From assembly GCA_020697475.1 (NCBI GenBank), contig JAJFMO010000001.1:1-46936 (forward strand): a stretch of DNA of 46,936 bases, written 5' to 3'. This stretch comes from Paenibacillaceae bacterium (GTDB taxonomy: Bacteria; Bacillota; Bacilli; Paenibacillales; NBRC-103111). Under the pieces are notes generated by a model. It had not been told where the DNA came from, did not search any database, and saw nothing but the letters and a program-made list of their open reading frames with translations. How positions within the stretch are numbered: the first letter of the stretch is position 1; each line of letters opens with the position of its first letter. Position numbers and translations under genes: made by a program. Positions 44,457-46,936 of this stretch are shown piece by piece.

Positions 44457-45977
44457 ATGGGGAAGACAGGGACAACGAACAGACTGACTATTTTTTACAC
44501 CAACGATCTGCACAGTGCTTTCGAAAATATGCCGAAGGTAGCCGGGGCCATTCGCACTTTTCGTGACCTGCTGCCTGCGGATGAGGTGTTGACGGTCGAT
44601 ATTGGCGACCATCTCGATCGAATGGCGCTTGAGACGGACATGAGCGATGGGCTGGCCAACGTGGAGGCGTTGAATCTGACGGGATACGACTTTCTCGTTC
44701 CGGGGAACCGGGAGGGTCATACGTTCACTCCGGAACAATGGGCGGAGATGTACAATCCGGCGAACGCGGGGTTCAAAGTGTTATGCGCCAACGTGGAACC
44801 GCCGAAACGATATGGGAAGACGCAGGATTGGTTGCGCAAGTGGGCGATTGTGGAGAAGGGCGGCATTAGAATCGGGCTGTTCGGCTTGTCTGCTATATCG
44901 GCGAAATTCGCCTCCCCGATAGGTTGGCGGGTGACGGGCAGGCCGGAGGCGGCAGCGGAGATGGTAAAGCTGCTTCGGCCGCAGGTGTCGGTGCTGATTC
45001 TGTTGTCGCACTTGGGCTTGAACGCCGACAAACGGTTGGTCGAAGAGTTGCCTGGAATCGACTTGATTTTCGGTGGCCATTCGCATCATTTGTTGAGGGA
45101 ACCGCTGAAAATCGGCGATACATGGCTGTTCGCAGCAGGGGAAAGGGGTCATCACGTAGGTATTGCACGGGTTGATATCGACATGGCTGCGGGTAGGATT
45201 ATTTCTGCGTCGTGCGATGTGGTGGAGACGGCGAATTACCCTGCTGATGCCAAGGTGGCAGCGGTCTCGGCGAAGTATCGCGAGATGAGTGAAACGTACC
45301 GCAAAAACCCGCAAATCGAGTTGGATGAGCCGCTTGAAGCGGTGTTTGAGCGGGAGTCGGTGCTCGGGAATTTACTTGCGGCCGGTGTAAGTCGCCATGT
45401 CGGGACGGAGATCGGCATCGTGAATACGGGGCAGTTTGTTGCGGGTTTGGAATCGGGGACGGTGACGTACAAGCGGCTGCTCGCGTGCTGTCCGTCCCCG
45501 GCGAAGCCGTGCCGCGCCGTCGTCACCGGCAAGCAAATTCGCCGTGCGCTGGAGGATGCGCTGAAGCCGGAAGTTGTGAAGCGAGGCACGACCGGATTCG
45601 GATTCAGCGGTATGGCGCTCGGCACGTTATGTGTTGACGGGCTGACGGTGCAATATCGGCCGGACGCGCCGGCAGGCGAGCGAATCGGCGATGTGCGGGT
45701 GATTGGCCCGCGGTCCGGCGACAGAAGCGTTGGTGGTGAAACGGATGACGTCGCGGCGAAATTAGGCGAGTTGCTGGATGAAGAACGGAGCTACACGGTC
45801 GGTACGGTTGATCTATTCACCTTCGGCCACGGCTACCCGGTGTTCGCGGAAGCGTCAGAGGTGACGTATTTCCCTGACGAGTTCATGCGCGATGTCTTGG
45901 TGGAACAATTGAAGCGGCCTGAAGAAATCGCTCGCGCCAAGATGGTCAGGTGGGTTGTTGCAAATACATTGAATTGA
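44457..45977 (+). CDS. bifunctional metallophosphatase / 5'-nucleotidase-like protein with a variant motif III
   Basis: YTNDLHS, DIGDHLD, LLSHLG and GGHSHH, plus a 5'-nucleotidase C-terminal-like half. ATG at 44457 follows GGTGGAGGA. Motif III reads GNRE instead of GNHE. Confidence 0.85.
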   Translation: MGKTGTTNRLTIFYTNDLHSAFENMPKVAGAIRTFRDLLPADEVLTVDIGDHLDRMALETDMSDGLANVEALNLTGYDFLVPGNREGHTFTPEQWAEMYNPANAGFKVLCANVEPPKRYGKTQDWLRKWAIVEKGGIRIGLFGLSAISAKFASPIGWRVTGRPEAAAEMVKLLRPQVSVLILLSHLGLNADKRLVEELPGIDLIFGGHSHHLLREPLKIGDTWLFAAGERGHHVGIARVDIDMAAGRIISASCDVVETANYPADAKVAAVSAKYREMSETYRKNPQIELDEPLEAVFERESVLGNLLAAGVSRHVGTEIGIVNTGQFVAGLESGTVTYKRLLACCPSPAKPCRAVVTGKQIRRALEDALKPEVVKRGTTGFGFSGMALGTLCVDGLTVQYRPDAPAGERIGDVRVIGPRSGDRSVGGETDDVAAKLGELLDEERSYTVGTVDLFTFGHGYPVFAEASEVTYFPDEFMRDVLVEQLKRPEEIARAKMVRWVVANTLN

Positions 45978-45989
45978 TGCGGATGTCAA

Positions 45990-46033
45990 TCGTCTGTGAA
46001 AATGTCACCGCAACTCGTCTGTGAAAATGTCAC
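45990..46033. repeat. two direct copies of a 19-nt sequence at the IS boundary
   Basis: TCGTCTGTGAAAATGTCAC occurs at 45990..46008 and again at 46015..46033. Confidence 0.6.
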
Positions 46034-46055
46034 ATTAACGTATTGCCGAGGCGGC

Positions 46056-46936
46056 TTACCAGAGCGCCTCGGCATAGCTGTTGTGCTGAGAATATAAGGC
46101 ATCTTGGAAGTCGTTCTTACTTGTGGTACGCTTGTTTTGGTTTTGGTGCTTCGTGGTTTTCCACGGATGCATGGAGGCGGGTTTGCGTGGCGACGCAGAA
46201 CTCGCCTTTTTCATTTGCTGCTGGGGCCTGCGGACAGGCTTCTCGATCTCCACAAGCTTGATTGCCGCACCGTCGCGCCAAACGATGACTTCACCCGTGA
46301 GCGTCTGACGCACCTCTACGACCGTCTTGGCGTCGAAACGGCGGGAGGCAGGCTTGGCGAACGTATACAGCTTGTTGGCGTAGGACAGCGTGTTGCCCTG
46401 GCCGAGCGTTCGTTTCTCACGGATCGTAAACACATGTTCCAGGTGCATGGATGGATCGAGCTTGCTGTAGGCGCTCTCGTCGCTTTTCGGCTTCAAAGCG
46501 AACTTGCGATTGTGCTTGCGTATGAGCGCCGGTAAAGCCGCATTAGCCTCCTCTAGCATGTTGATGCCAAGCAGCCGCAACTCAATGACCAAGCGATCTT
46601 GGAGCGTCCCCCAGAGCCGCTCAATGCGCCCTTTAGCCTGCGGGGTTAACGCCTTGATATGCGTGATGCAGAGCTCATCCATGGCTTTGCCAAAGTCCGA
46701 CAGCGGTTTCGTCTCGCCGGTCAGTTCCTGCTCAACCGTTAACGTCTCGTTTGGCGATCTGAAGATCGTATGACGGTCGCTGTAAAGACCAAGCGGAATG
46801 CCGTAATTCTTGATTCCTTGCTGCATCACGAGCGAATAGCCTTCGCGGCTCTCGTTCGGTCTGAACACGGCACCGACAACGATGCCAGTCGCGTCATCGA
46901 TGGCCGCGTGAAGGGCGAAGGCTGGCGCACGGTCTT
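46056..46936 (-). CDS. rve-domain DDE transposase (ISNCY/IS481-like), N-terminus beyond the window edge
   Basis: The frame stays open to the window end (..LHAAIDDATGIVVGAVFRPNE..). YSDRHTIF and TPQAKGRIERLWGTLQDRL are integrase-core DDE motifs. Confidence 0.85.
   Translation of the reverse strand, partial: DRAPAFALHAAIDDATGIVVGAVFRPNESREGYSLVMQQGIKNYGIPLGLYSDRHTIFRSPNETLTVEQELTGETKPLSDFGKAMDELCITHIKALTPQAKGRIERLWGTLQDRLVIELRLLGINMLEEANAALPALIRKHNRKFALKPKSDESAYSKLDPSMHLEHVFTIREKRTLGQGNTLSYANKLYTFAKPASRRFDAKTVVEVRQTLTGEVIVWRDGAAIKLVEIEKPVRRPQQQMKKASSASPRKPASMHPWKTTKHQNQNKRTTSKNDFQDALYSQHNSYAEALW

Larger units (their letters stand above)
45990..46936 (-). mobile_element. right-hand part of an insertion sequence, truncated by the window
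   Basis: The transposase gene and the subterminal 19-nt direct repeats begin 13 nt after the 5'-nucleotidase stop. The exact terminus was not determined. Confidence 0.55.

Noticed and set aside
45990-46033. Direct repeats as a mini CRISPR array
   Set aside because: There are only two 19-nt copies, separated by a 6-nt spacer, directly abutting a transposase gene. No cas genes are present and there is no repeat-spacer periodicity.

Overview
46.9-kb chromosomal segment that looks like a moderately high-GC Firmicute, probably Paenibacillaceae. That placement is inferred from gene content (cshA, tpx, pfkA, a ytpB-like gene), GGAGG-type ribosome-binding sites, and lipoboxes. I call about 45 protein-coding genes on both strands, but no rRNA, tRNA or CRISPR array.

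The core genes are a YebC-family regulator (5' end cut by the window), pfkA, cshA, fsa/tal, tpx, cimA, queF-dinB-mobB, and an ammonium transporter.

The accessory content is dominated by three paralogous lipoprotein solute-binding proteins with no permease or ATPase partner in the window. Each sits beside hydrolases: two type I sulfatases, two metallophosphoesterases, a 5'-nucleotidase-like protein and an amidase. There is also a sulfatase / GntR-PBP regulator / class II aldolase / MBL lipoprotein / PfkB kinase cluster. The right edge ends in a truncated rve-type transposase.

Three genes carry clear inactivating lesions:
- A MATE-like transporter has a -1 frameshift in a homopolymer.
- One sulfatase has an internal out-of-frame deletion that removes the SDHG catalytic core.
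- One solute-binding protein has an in-frame TGG->TGA at a conserved Trp.

The most unusual observations are:
1. An amt operon preceded by two perfect TnrA/GlnR-type boxes, in which a GlnD-like DUF294 nucleotidyltransferase and a DEDDh exonuclease follow amt where a PII gene normally sits.
2. A conserved ~70-nt intergenic element present twice, 38 kb apart. One copy lies in the ~240-nt leader of the intact sulfatase.
3. A 0.5-kb ORF-free, hairpin-dense region.

All functional calls rest on motif recognition by eye. No database search was run.
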